Shown: positions 55,898-64,000 of the stretch, piece by piece | Layout: each line of letters opens with the position of its first letter | How positions within the stretch are numbered: the first letter of the stretch is position 1 | NCBI GenBank assembly: GCA_003136555.1 | Contig: PLEW01000233.1 | Span: forward strand, 6,067-70,066 | DNA length: 64,000 nucleotides | Source: Planctomycetota bacterium | GTDB lineage: Bacteria > Planctomycetota > UBA11346 | Direction of reading: 5' to 3' | Position numbers and translations under genes: made by a program | The notes under the pieces: model-generated | What the model was told of the DNA's origin: nothing | Databases searched by the model: none | What the model saw: only the letters and a program-made list of their open reading frames with translations

Positions 55898-57250
55898 ATG
55901 GCCCAGCCCACTCCGCTCTGCGAAGTCAAGGATATCGTCCAGGATTTCCGTCGTCCCAGCGGCCAGACGCTGCGCGTCCTGGACGGCGTGTCGCTGACCG
56001 TCAATGAGCACGAAGTGGTCGCCCTCCTTGGGCCATCGGGGTGCGGCAAATCGACGGTGCTGCGCATCCTCGCCGGCCTCATCCCAGCGACCGCGGGCAG
56101 CGTCTCCAACCAAGGCGCGCCGCTGACAGGGCGGAACGAGGATGTCGCGATGGTGTTCCAGAGCTTCGCCCTCTACCCATGGATGACGGCGCGCGAGAAC
56201 ATCGAGGCGGTGCTGCGCGCGCAGGGCCTCTCCGAGGATAAGGTCAAGGAGCGCACCGATCAGGTGATCAAGGTGGTCGGGCTGACCGGCTTCGCCAATT
56301 CGCATCCGCGCGAGATGTCCGGCGGCATGAAGCAGCGCATCGGCATCGCGCGGGCGATCTCGGTCGATCGCAAATTGCTGTTCATGGACGAGCCCTTCAG
56401 CCAGGTCGATGCCCTGACGGCGGAAAGCCTGCGCAGCGAGGTGCTCGATCTGTGGGCCCCGGTCGACCGCAACCCCTCCTCGATCCTGATGGTCAGCCAT
56501 GACATCAAGGAAGTGGTCTACATGGCCGACCGGATCGTGATCTTCGGCACCAATCCGGGCCGCATCCGCAAGATCATCGACAACCACCTGCCACGGCCGC
56601 GCGACTACCGCTCGCCGGAATTCCTCCAGCTGGTCGACCACATCCATGACATCATCACCGGCATGGAGTTGCCCGATGCGGCTCCCCTGGCGGCCGCCAC
56701 GCCAGCGGGGGAGATCGAACAGCTGCCGCCGGTCATCCCGAGCGAGATCGTCGGTCTGATCGAATACCTCGAGGCGCGGCGCGGCCAGGAGGACGTCTTC
56801 CGCATCGCCACCGACACAGCACGCGAATTCGGCGAGATCATCTCGGTGGTCAAGGCCGCCGAGGTGCTCGACCTGGTCGACACGCCCAAGCGCCTGGTGG
56901 TGCTCACCGCCGAGGGACGGAAGTTCGCCAAGGCCTTGGCCGAGGAGCGCCGCAGCATCTGGCGATCCTGTCTGATGAGCTTGCAGATCTTCAAGACGCT
57001 GCACGCGATGATTTCCCGCCAACCTACCCACGAGATCGATCGCGAGATCGTCGAGGAGACCATCATCCTGGCGATGCCGCACGAGGACTATGCCCGGCAG
57101 TTCATGACCATCATCGCCTGGGCCCGTTACGGCAACATGCTCTCCTATGACGAGACCACCGAGAAGGTCTCTCTCAGCGAGGGGAACGGCACCGGCAATG
57201 GGGGCAGTCACGGCAGCACCCCCGCTCCGACGGTCACGCCATCCGCGTAA
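55898..57250 (+). CDS. ABC transporter ATP-binding protein with C-terminal AAA-associated domain
   Basis: Walker A GPSGCGKST, signature MSGGMKQRIGIAR, Walker B LLFMDEPFS, H-loop VSHD. Followed by a C-terminal extension of about 190 aa (EIVGLIEYLEARRGQEDVFRIA...). Confidence 0.9.
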   Translation: MAQPTPLCEVKDIVQDFRRPSGQTLRVLDGVSLTVNEHEVVALLGPSGCGKSTVLRILAGLIPATAGSVSNQGAPLTGRNEDVAMVFQSFALYPWMTARENIEAVLRAQGLSEDKVKERTDQVIKVVGLTGFANSHPREMSGGMKQRIGIARAISVDRKLLFMDEPFSQVDALTAESLRSEVLDLWAPVDRNPSSILMVSHDIKEVVYMADRIVIFGTNPGRIRKIIDNHLPRPRDYRSPEFLQLVDHIHDIITGMELPDAAPLAAATPAGEIEQLPPVIPSEIVGLIEYLEARRGQEDVFRIATDTAREFGEIISVVKAAEVLDLVDTPKRLVVLTAEGRKFAKALAEERRSIWRSCLMSLQIFKTLHAMISRQPTHEIDREIVEETIILAMPHEDYARQFMTIIAWARYGNMLSYDETTEKVSLSEGNGTGNGGSHGSTPAPTVTPSA

Positions 57251-57327
57251 ACGAGGCGCCCGCCAGGCCGGGCCGCGTTCATTCAGCATTCACTTGACGG
57301 CCATCTGCGGCCGGGAATGGTGACCGC

Positions 57328-57939
57328 ATGCGCGGAACCCCACTGCCCAAGAAGCACGTCCACATCAAGACCAAGCACCGCAAGCTGCGCGGTCCGGATT
57401 GGCATATCTCGGAGATGATGCTGGACCGCACCATCGATGCGATATACCGCCGTCTTCCGGTGAACCGCAAATACCACGTGCCCTACCTGGCAGGCTACAG
57501 CACCGACGGCACGCAGATCTACATCGACAAAGACCTCCCGCCGAGCTTCACCAACAGCAACGGGGAGGAGATCGAGATCGACCGCTACCTGCTGCTGCAT
57601 GAGGCGGTCGAGAAGAGCCTGATCGATACCCTGGGCCTGCGCTATCAGCACGCGCACCAGATCGCCTTGCGCGCCGAGCAGGCGGCGGTGCGCGCCGACG
57701 GCGTCTCATGGCACGAATACGACAGCTTCATGATGAAGTTCGTCAAGGAGATGGGCGAGGGGAAGGTCACGCACGTGCCCCCGGATCTCGACCTCAAGCC
57801 CTACATCGATGAGCACGATACCGAGATCCTCGAGCAGATGCGCGTGCTGATCAAGGCGGCCAAGGCGCGTCACGCTGCCAAGGCGTCGACGTCAGCAAAG
57901 AGGGCCAAGAAGGCAAAATTGGCTAAGAAATCGTCGTAG
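57328..57939 (+). CDS. Hypothetical protein with Lys/Ala-rich basic tail
   Basis: 77 nt downstream of the ABC ATPase, same strand. No recognised motif apart from LLLHEAVEKS and the C-terminal KAAKARHAAKASTSAKRAKKAKLAKKSS tail. Confidence 0.5.
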   Translation: MRGTPLPKKHVHIKTKHRKLRGPDWHISEMMLDRTIDAIYRRLPVNRKYHVPYLAGYSTDGTQIYIDKDLPPSFTNSNGEEIEIDRYLLLHEAVEKSLIDTLGLRYQHAHQIALRAEQAAVRADGVSWHEYDSFMMKFVKEMGEGKVTHVPPDLDLKPYIDEHDTEILEQMRVLIKAAKARHAAKASTSAKRAKKAKLAKKSS

Positions 57940-57958
57940 GGACCCGGGCAGGGGGGCA

Positions 57959-59077
57959 TCAGTCGTGTCGCGGGGCGGTCAGACCAGCTAACGCGTCGAC
58001 CACCGGCAGCAGCGTGCCGTGCTGATCCCAGAAGGAGCGCGACTCGAAGCCATCGAAGCCGAGGCCAGGGGTGGTCTGGAATTCCGCGCCCCACCAGAAC
58101 ACGCCCCGGCCAGCCCCCTGAGGCAGCGCGGCGAGGATGCGGCGCAGGTCGGTGGCGAAGCGGACCTGGCCGTCCGGACCGATGGGAATGCCGTTTATCG
58201 CGGTGGGTGTCCCAGGGACCGGGCTGGCGGCCCAGGGGAAGGCGGTCTCGGCGATGATCACCGGCTTGCCATAGCGTCCGACGCAGCCGTTCAGGCAGGT
58301 GGTCAGCGCATCGAGCGAGCCATGCCAGAACGGGTAGTAGCTCTCGCCGATGATGTCGAACGCGACGCCCTGTGTGCGGATGAGCTCGTCGAAGAACCAG
58401 CGGGTGGTCTCCCAGTCCCCGCCACGATCGAGATGGATGATGGTCTGAGGTTTCTGCGCACCGCTGGCCTCGGCGATGCCGCGATCGGCGGCGCGGATCA
58501 GACGGGCGAGCTGCCGCCATTTCCCCGCACTATCCACCTTGCCCTCGGGCCACACCAGGCCCATCGGCGTCTCGTTGCCGATCTGCACCAGATCGGGCAG
58601 CACCCCGGCGGTGCGGAAGGCGGCGATGGTGTCGCGATTGTAACGGTACATCTGCTCTTCGAGCTGATCCATGCTCAGGCCTTCCCAGGCCATGGGCTTC
58701 TGCTGGTGGCCGGGATCCGCCCAGGAATCCGAATAGTGGAGATCAAGCAGGAGCTTGAGCCCGACCGCCTTGACCCGGCGGGCCAGCACCAGGGTGGCGG
58801 CGAGGGTGTTGCCATGATTGTAGGGATCTGCGGCGGCCTGCGCATCGCTGCAGGTCCACAGGCGCAGGCGGATGCAGGTGATGCCATGCGCTTTGAGGAT
58901 GGCGAGGGCATCGCGGGCGCCCGTGCCATCACGATAGAGATGGCCGCGGCTCTCCATCAGCGCCAGGTGCGACATGTCCGCACCGGCCAGGAACGGGAGG
59001 GCGGCCTCGGCCGCGCCGATGATGCAGCAGGCAGTGCTGAGCAGCAGCAGGGATCGTCGCATCAGGCCGTCCATCAT
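57959..59077 (-). CDS. GH53 arabinogalactan endo-beta-1,4-galactanase
   Basis: Signal peptide MMDGLMRRSLLLLSTACCIIGAAEA. GADMSHLALMESRG, CIRLRLW, HYSDSWADPGHQ, VQIGNETPMGLVWPEG and IIAETAFPW motifs, typical of GH53. Confidence 0.85.
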   Translation of the reverse strand: MMDGLMRRSLLLLSTACCIIGAAEAALPFLAGADMSHLALMESRGHLYRDGTGARDALAILKAHGITCIRLRLWTCSDAQAAADPYNHGNTLAATLVLARRVKAVGLKLLLDLHYSDSWADPGHQQKPMAWEGLSMDQLEEQMYRYNRDTIAAFRTAGVLPDLVQIGNETPMGLVWPEGKVDSAGKWRQLARLIRAADRGIAEASGAQKPQTIIHLDRGGDWETTRWFFDELIRTQGVAFDIIGESYYPFWHGSLDALTTCLNGCVGRYGKPVIIAETAFPWAASPVPGTPTAINGIPIGPDGQVRFATDLRRILAALPQGAGRGVFWWGAEFQTTPGLGFDGFESRSFWDQHGTLLPVVDALAGLTAPRHD

Positions 59078-59117
59078 GGTGGCTTGCCGTCATCCCCGCG
59101 AGGCCAGCTGACGATCC

Positions 59118-60560
59118 TCACGGCGTCTGCGCCTGGAGCCGATAGAGGCGGATCCAGTCGATGTCGAGCTGGTGGTCGGGCGCGGCTGCTGAAGCTTCAG
59201 GGGTGACGGTGAGCTCCACGGCCAGGCTCAGCCCGCGAGCGATCGCCGAGGTCCAGCCGGCATCCCGCGGGACGGCAGCGGTGCCGATGCGCTCACCATC
59301 GCGCGTGCAGATCAATCCGCTGGACGTCCAGGTGATGCTGAAATCGTGGTAGCCAGGCGTCACCGGCGGACCGACGCCCAGCTGCATGTCCTGCCCGTCC
59401 CGCAGCGACCACCGCCAGTGCGCCGGATCGCCGGTGGTGGACAGGAAGACGATCTCCGCCCCGGCCGGCCAGTGGTCCGCGTCGACCGCCCAGACCAGCG
59501 GCCAGAAGCCAGGGCTCATGGGCATGCGTGCACGGATGTCCAGACGCATGCCCGGACGCATGCGCACCGCCTGCGCCACCAGCGCCGCGGAGGTCCAGCC
59601 GCTGGCACTGCGGGTGGCGGTGATATGCAGGGCGCCATGGTCCACCTGGGCATGGGCGGCATCGTAGCGCTGCATGTCATGGTTCGATCCCGTCGGGCGG
59701 CTCCACGGCCGCCAGCGTCCCGGATCAGGCTGCCCGCTGGCTACGAACTCATCGGCCCACACCAGCTGCCAGCCCGCGGGCAGGCCACTGGCGAGCGCGG
59801 CAGTGGTCATCGTCCCACCGCTGGCGATCCGCGCCGTCCGTCCTCCCGCGCTGAACGTGACCGTGCCGCGCTCGACCTGGCAGGTGGTCTGGCCGCCGAC
59901 GGTGACGGTGAAGACCGTCCCCACCACCGCGATGGTGGCGTCGAGCGTGCGGACGCGGAACGGATGCCGGGGGGAATGGGGCAGGACCGTGCAGCGGACC
60001 TCGCCACCCTCCACCTGGAGCACCCCGTCGACCAGCCGCAGGCGGCTGCCTGGGGTCGCCTGAGCGGTGGTGCCATCGCTCCAGCAGAGCATGACACCGG
60101 TGCTCGCGGCAATACCAGCACCGCTGCTGGGCAGCGGGCTGCCGACATCGCTGCGGCCATCCGCCGCGATCCACGCGCCGCTGGTGACGTGCACCGGTCC
60201 TTCGTCACCAGGCCGCGTCAGGAAGGCTACTCCGATCCCCAGCAGGAGGAGGGCGGCTGACGCCCAGGCGAGGGGGGTGAGACGGCGGCGCTGGCGCGGG
60301 GCGGGCAGGGTGCGGATGGTTGCCAGGGTGCGTTCGTGCAGGCGATCGCGGTCATACTGGCGGACGCGCGCCATGATCCGTCCGGCCAGGCCGGCGGGAG
60401 ACGACGCGCTGCGCAGCAGGGCATGCTGGTGCAGCAGCTGCATAGCCGCTGCAACCTCGTCGGGATGGGTGAGCTGCTCCTGGCGCAAGGCCGCATCCAG
60501 GGCGTCGGCATCGCTGCTGCCGTTGAGATAGGCGAGCACCAGCTCATCGGCTGCGGTCAC
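59118..60560 (-). CDS. Anti-sigma factor: N-terminal anti-sigma + TM + FecR-like + C-terminal GH16-like (catalytically degenerate) domain
   Basis: Trimmed from ORF 59118..60737 to GTG 60560 (GTGA overlap with the sigma stop). TM segment LAWASAALLLLGIGVAFL. FecR-like VRTLDATIAVVGTVFTV. GH16-like WQLVWADEF...GWTSAAL...GFWPLVWAV...WPAGAEIVFLS, where the canonical E-I-D-I-x-E reads E-I-V-F-L-S (59439..59456). Confidence 0.8.
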   Translation of the reverse strand: MTAADELVLAYLNGSSDADALDAALRQEQLTHPDEVAAAMQLLHQHALLRSASSPAGLAGRIMARVRQYDRDRLHERTLATIRTLPAPRQRRRLTPLAWASAALLLLGIGVAFLTRPGDEGPVHVTSGAWIAADGRSDVGSPLPSSGAGIAASTGVMLCWSDGTTAQATPGSRLRLVDGVLQVEGGEVRCTVLPHSPRHPFRVRTLDATIAVVGTVFTVTVGGQTTCQVERGTVTFSAGGRTARIASGGTMTTAALASGLPAGWQLVWADEFVASGQPDPGRWRPWSRPTGSNHDMQRYDAAHAQVDHGALHITATRSASGWTSAALVAQAVRMRPGMRLDIRARMPMSPGFWPLVWAVDADHWPAGAEIVFLSTTGDPAHWRWSLRDGQDMQLGVGPPVTPGYHDFSITWTSSGLICTRDGERIGTAAVPRDAGWTSAIARGLSLAVELTVTPEASAAAPDHQLDIDWIRLYRLQAQTP

Positions 60561-61129
60561 GACGCCCCCTGCTTGCGGGCAAGGCACGCTCGCAACGCGA
60601 TGCGGATGCGCGACAGCAGCTTCTGGGTCGCCCCCTCGCTGCGCCCCAGTCGCGTCGCCACCAGGGCGATGGACAGGTCCTCGGCATAGAACAGGCGCAG
60701 CGCCTCCTGGGCGACGTCGTCGAGCTGGTCGCGGCATTCCTCCAGACTTCTACGCAGGAGCTCCTGAGTGGAGTGCCAGCTGGCATCCGGTTCGCTCGCC
60801 GCGCTCAGGGACTCCTGATACAGGGTCACTCGCCGCTGTTCACGGCTCCGGTCACGCAGATGGTTGCGCGCCAGGTTGCGCGCCATGGTCACCAGCCAGG
60901 CTTGGATGTCGGTGCCCAGGGCGTAGGCATCGAGCCGTTCATAGGCGCGGATGAAGGTGCGGTGCACCAGATCCTCGGTCGCCAGGCGATCCTCCAACAG
61001 CGGTGCCACCACGCGCCAGACGGCGTCCTGGCAGTGCTCCACTACCATCGCGAATGCCTCACGGTCGCCAGCCAGGACGTGCGCTACCGCGCTGTCAAGG
61101 CGGTTCAGCTGATCCGGTGGAGTGCTCAT
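60557..61129 (-). CDS. ECF-type RNA polymerase sigma factor
   Basis: Region 2: FAMVVEHCQDAVWRVV...EDLVHRTFIRAY. Region 4: EALRLFYAEDLSIALVATRLGRSEGATQKLLSRIR. Confidence 0.9.
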   Translation of the reverse strand: MSTPPDQLNRLDSAVAHVLAGDREAFAMVVEHCQDAVWRVVAPLLEDRLATEDLVHRTFIRAYERLDAYALGTDIQAWLVTMARNLARNHLRDRSREQRRVTLYQESLSAASEPDASWHSTQELLRRSLEECRDQLDDVAQEALRLFYAEDLSIALVATRLGRSEGATQKLLSRIRIALRACLARKQGAS

Positions 61130-61261
61130 GCCACCAGACTAACACCGCAGTCCGCTGGACCAGACCGGGAATCGTGGCCACGATGGTGTCCGGAAGCAGG
61201 AGTTGGCTCCGGTACGGGGATGCGCACACGCCTGCCACGGGCGAGACAGGCTCGTGCAGCG

Positions 61262-62374
61262 TCAGGGCCGCTGCAGCACCCGCGCGATATTGTCGTGATA
61301 CAGATCCTGGAGCGTCTGCTCGCTGAGGGCTAGGCCGTAGAGCGGCCAATGATAGCCGAATTTGCCGGTCTCATAGAAATGCTCGTCGGCGGTCTCGAGG
61401 ATGCGGAAGGTCACCGGATAGATCCCGACCGTGTAGTGGTTGTCCGTGCCATAGAGCAGGCGCGTGTGATAGCGCTCAATGAAGGCTTGGACGAAGCGGG
61501 GGATCGGCGCGATCTCGCCGTAACGCGCAGCGATATCGGCATAGAGGTTCGGGTAGGCGTCGAGCAGACGTCCCAATTGGGTGAGATCCGCGCAGCAATT
61601 GGCCAGATGGCAGGCGATGAAGGTGGTCGCGGGATTGTCGCGCACGGCCGCCTCCAGCGCAGCGAGCAGGTAGTCGTGATCGGCGAGTCCTGGGCGCTGG
61701 CGGTCGACCCGCCACTTGGCGGCATTCATCAAGCCGTCATTGGTGGCATCCGGCGCATGGTACATCCAGGCGTCTTCGCCAATGTGGATGTTGATCGGCA
61801 TGTGCAGCTGGGCGCAGGCGGCCAGGAGCGGCTTCATGCGCGGGTCGTTGATATGCATGCCGACGGTGGTGTCGCTGTGCGATGTCAGGGTCGCAGTGGT
61901 GGAGATCGGCTTGAAGCCCATGCCCTTGTCCATCAGCTCGCCGACCCCGCGAGCGCCCAGCTCATGGCTGTGGTGGAGGTCGGCAACCGCACGCTCGCTC
62001 CAGCCCGGCTTGTCCCAGTCGGTGAAATCGAAATAGCACCACAGCTCGAAGCGATCGGGGTAGCGGCCGTATTTGGCGATCAGCGCGGCCAGGGCGTCGC
62101 CGGTCGCGAAGGACAGCACGATGGACCGGCTGATGTTCGCCCCATCCATCGCGGCCACCCAGGCGTCGACTTCCTCCGGGGTCTTGGCGTAGTCATGGGT
62201 GTGGACGTCGATCGCCGCGAACTTGGCCCGGTGCACCTGGGTCTGTGGGATGTGGTAGATGGATTCCGGGCGGAAATCCTTGAGCAGGATCAGATCGGCG
62301 CCATCCGTGGCCGGGTCGGCAGCAGCGAGCACGGAGGTGCAGATGGCACAAAGCAGCAGATGATCGTAGCGCAT
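61262..62374 (-). CDS. Amidohydrolase-family (TIM-barrel metal-dependent hydrolase) secreted protein
   Basis: Trimmed to ATG 62374 (AAGGAG RBS), giving signal peptide MRYDHLLLCAICTSVLAAA. AIDVHTHDY (HxH metal motif), MPINIHIGED and LYGTDN motifs. Confidence 0.8.
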   Translation of the reverse strand: MRYDHLLLCAICTSVLAAADPATDGADLILLKDFRPESIYHIPQTQVHRAKFAAIDVHTHDYAKTPEEVDAWVAAMDGANISRSIVLSFATGDALAALIAKYGRYPDRFELWCYFDFTDWDKPGWSERAVADLHHSHELGARGVGELMDKGMGFKPISTTATLTSHSDTTVGMHINDPRMKPLLAACAQLHMPINIHIGEDAWMYHAPDATNDGLMNAAKWRVDRQRPGLADHDYLLAALEAAVRDNPATTFIACHLANCCADLTQLGRLLDAYPNLYADIAARYGEIAPIPRFVQAFIERYHTRLLYGTDNHYTVGIYPVTFRILETADEHFYETGKFGYHWPLYGLALSEQTLQDLYHDNIARVLQRP

Positions 62375-62599
62375 CGGGAACTCCTTCGCTGTGGACAGGC
62401 GACCCAGGCGGTGGGCCACGCGATGTTCGACGCTCCTTCGTGGGAGAGGAGGCCGTACCTCCAGCATCGTCGCAGTCCCCGGGGGTGGCGCGCAGAATCA
62501 CAGCGGTGGTGTCCAATCGTCTCATGTCGAGAAGACGGAACGGGGGAACGACTCAGGCAGCCCAGTGGAGGGGCGACCGACTGGAATCATACTGGCCGC

Positions 62600-63814
62600 A
62601 TGATGCATCCCGGCATGCTCGTGCGCCCGCTCAGCGTCCTCGCGGTAGCCGCCGGTCTCCTGATGGCCGCTGACGATCGCTCGACGCTCATAGACGCCAT
62701 GGAGCAACCGACCTTCACCCCCGGATCTGCGAAGGTCGCGATCACGGTGGTGGATGGACAGGTCGGTCATGCGCTCCAGTTCTCCTTTGCCGACGGCTGC
62801 CAGAGCACCTTCGCCACCAGCCGCATCCATGGCACCCCGGAGTGGGATCACGCCGCCGGCATCTCCTTTTGGGTCAAGGGCGATGGCTCAGCGCACCTGG
62901 GCGGCATCGAATTCCTGTGGAATGATGATTATGGACAGCGGTACGACGCGGCATTCCCGATCAGCAGTACCACCTGGACGAAGGTGGTGATCCCCTGGCG
63001 CGACCTCATCCCGGTGATTGCTGCGCCGGGATGCACGCCCCTCGATGCGCAAGGAGCGCATCGGCCGTCGCAGCTGAGCGGCCTTGCCGTTGGCAAGTGG
63101 TGGTACTGGGGGGATTACGTCGCCCATGCCTATGCCATCGACGAGATCCGCCTCGAAGCGGATATCGCGGTGGATTCTCTGGCGCTGCGCGCCGCGGCTG
63201 GACCCCTATCGCGGGTCGCCGCCAAGCTCCAGGCCAGTCAGCCAATCACCGTGGTCACTCTGGGCGACTCGCTGACGGATACGCATCATTGGTCCAACCA
63301 TGAGCACAACTGGCCGGCAATCTTCACCCAGCTGATCACGGCGCGCTACCACGTGCCGGTGACGCTCATCAATCCGGCGATGGGGGGGACAGAACTGAAG
63401 CAGAACCTGGTGGTGATGCCGCGCTGGCTTGCCACCACACCGCACCCCGATCTGGTGACGGTAGAGTTCGGCGGCAACGATTGGAACAGCGGCATGCGCG
63501 GTCCGTCCTTCCTGGCCGCCCAGCGCGACGCCATCCAGCGCATCCGCCGAGCCACCCAGCAAGGTGCGGATGTGCTGATCATTACCACCCTGCCCAGCGT
63601 CGCGACCTGGGACGTCATTGGCGAGCTCGCCGAGGCCTGCCGTGGGGCGGCGACCGCCGAACACGCGGGATGCTGCGATGCATTCGCGGCGTTCCATGCC
63701 CTGGGCAAGGACCATGAGGGGCTTTTCGCCAGCGATCATGTCCACCTCGGAGCGAGCGGACAGCAGGCGCTCGCCGAGGCGGTGGTCCAGTCCATCGCAG
63801 CCGGCCATCCCTGA
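62600..63814 (+). CDS. Secreted CBM-like domain + SGNH/GDSL hydrolase
   Basis: Trimmed from ORF 61349..63814, whose 5' part is antisense to the amidohydrolase, to ATG 62600 (signal MMHPGMLVRPLSVLAVAAGLLMA). SGNH blocks VVTLGDSLTD, GGTE, EFGGNDW and SDHVHL. Confidence 0.8.
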   Translation: MMHPGMLVRPLSVLAVAAGLLMAADDRSTLIDAMEQPTFTPGSAKVAITVVDGQVGHALQFSFADGCQSTFATSRIHGTPEWDHAAGISFWVKGDGSAHLGGIEFLWNDDYGQRYDAAFPISSTTWTKVVIPWRDLIPVIAAPGCTPLDAQGAHRPSQLSGLAVGKWWYWGDYVAHAYAIDEIRLEADIAVDSLALRAAAGPLSRVAAKLQASQPITVVTLGDSLTDTHHWSNHEHNWPAIFTQLITARYHVPVTLINPAMGGTELKQNLVVMPRWLATTPHPDLVTVEFGGNDWNSGMRGPSFLAAQRDAIQRIRRATQQGADVLIITTLPSVATWDVIGELAEACRGAATAEHAGCCDAFAAFHALGKDHEGLFASDHVHLGASGQQALAEAVVQSIAAGHP

Positions 63815-64000
63815 CCCGTCCGGCTGCGCATCCTCCACCGGGGTTGCGCCCGCTTGGCCGTTGAGCGTGCCGTGCAGTGAGCCAGGGGGCTCGACACCTC
63901 ACCTACGTGACCCAATCGTAACGTCCGACGCATGGCGCATTCCGGCTCATGCAGACCTGCCTGAGTCCGTAACGCCCAGACGGCAGCAGCTGCGTGGTGA

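Noticed and set aside
61349-62599. 5' part of the 821-aa plus-strand ORF 61349..63814.
   Set aside because: It is antisense to the amidohydrolase gene. The real gene starts at ATG 62600 with a signal peptide.
1-64000. Search by eye for tRNA/rRNA genes, CRISPR arrays, integrases/transposases and terminal inverted repeats.
   Set aside because: None was recognised. There are no T-loop/acceptor patterns, no regularly spaced direct repeats, and no DDE or tyrosine-recombinase motifs in any frame of the ORF track.

Overview
High-GC bacterial chromosomal window with about 50 protein-coding genes. I saw no rRNA, tRNA, CRISPR array or transposase. The gene content is DUF1549/DUF1553, two DUF1592-family/DUF1552 pairs, two ECF sigma/FecR-type anti-sigma pairs and a fused CcoN-CcoO. 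By inference only, this is most typical of Planctomycetota/Verrucomicrobiota-like genomes.

Left third (about 1.3-24 kb): a respiratory and NO/O2-stress neighbourhood. It holds a porin plus a c-type cytochrome lipoprotein, three diverged RIC/ScdA-type di-iron proteins, an eRF1-like (baeRF) protein, a ferredoxin and two Rrf2 regulators. It also holds a multi-PAS/GAF hybrid kinase, a CcoI-type P-type ATPase, and a complete cbb3 oxidase operon (ccoS-ccoNO-ccoQ-ccoP-ccoG-fixH) extended by an Rrf2 gene and a radical SAM/SPASM gene. Seven transcription units in this region carry the same 14-bp palindrome-like element (GGATAW-N2-WYATCY) in short AT-rich islands 42-60 nt upstream of start codons. I interpret this as a candidate Rrf2/NsrR-like regulon.

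Middle: an orphan DUF1549/DUF1553 gene, then a lower-GC higBA cassette with a perfect 16-bp inverted repeat. Next is a four-gene, translationally coupled operon: SAM methyltransferase, membrane hybrid kinase, response regulator with a degenerate kinase-like output, and a GlcG/HbpS-like lipoprotein. Its order resembles the Ralstonia phcBSR quorum-sensing module.

Right half: an ECF sigma/anti-sigma(LamG-like)/DUF1592/DUF1552 operon and a GntR-PBP regulator. Then a vapBC pair whose antitoxin appears truncated by an in-frame stop, followed by about 1 kb of apparently decayed DNA. After that come an FGE-type protein, a large IPT/TIG surface protein with a Cys-containing C-terminal anchor-like tail next to an M50B-like membrane protease, and a second DUF1592/DUF1552 pair. 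The window ends with an ABC importer that has no binding protein, a GH53 galactanase under an ECF sigma/anti-sigma whose sensor domain is a catalytically degenerate GH16 fold, an amidohydrolase and a CBM+SGNH hydrolase.

All functional calls come from motif recognition by eye. No database search was run.
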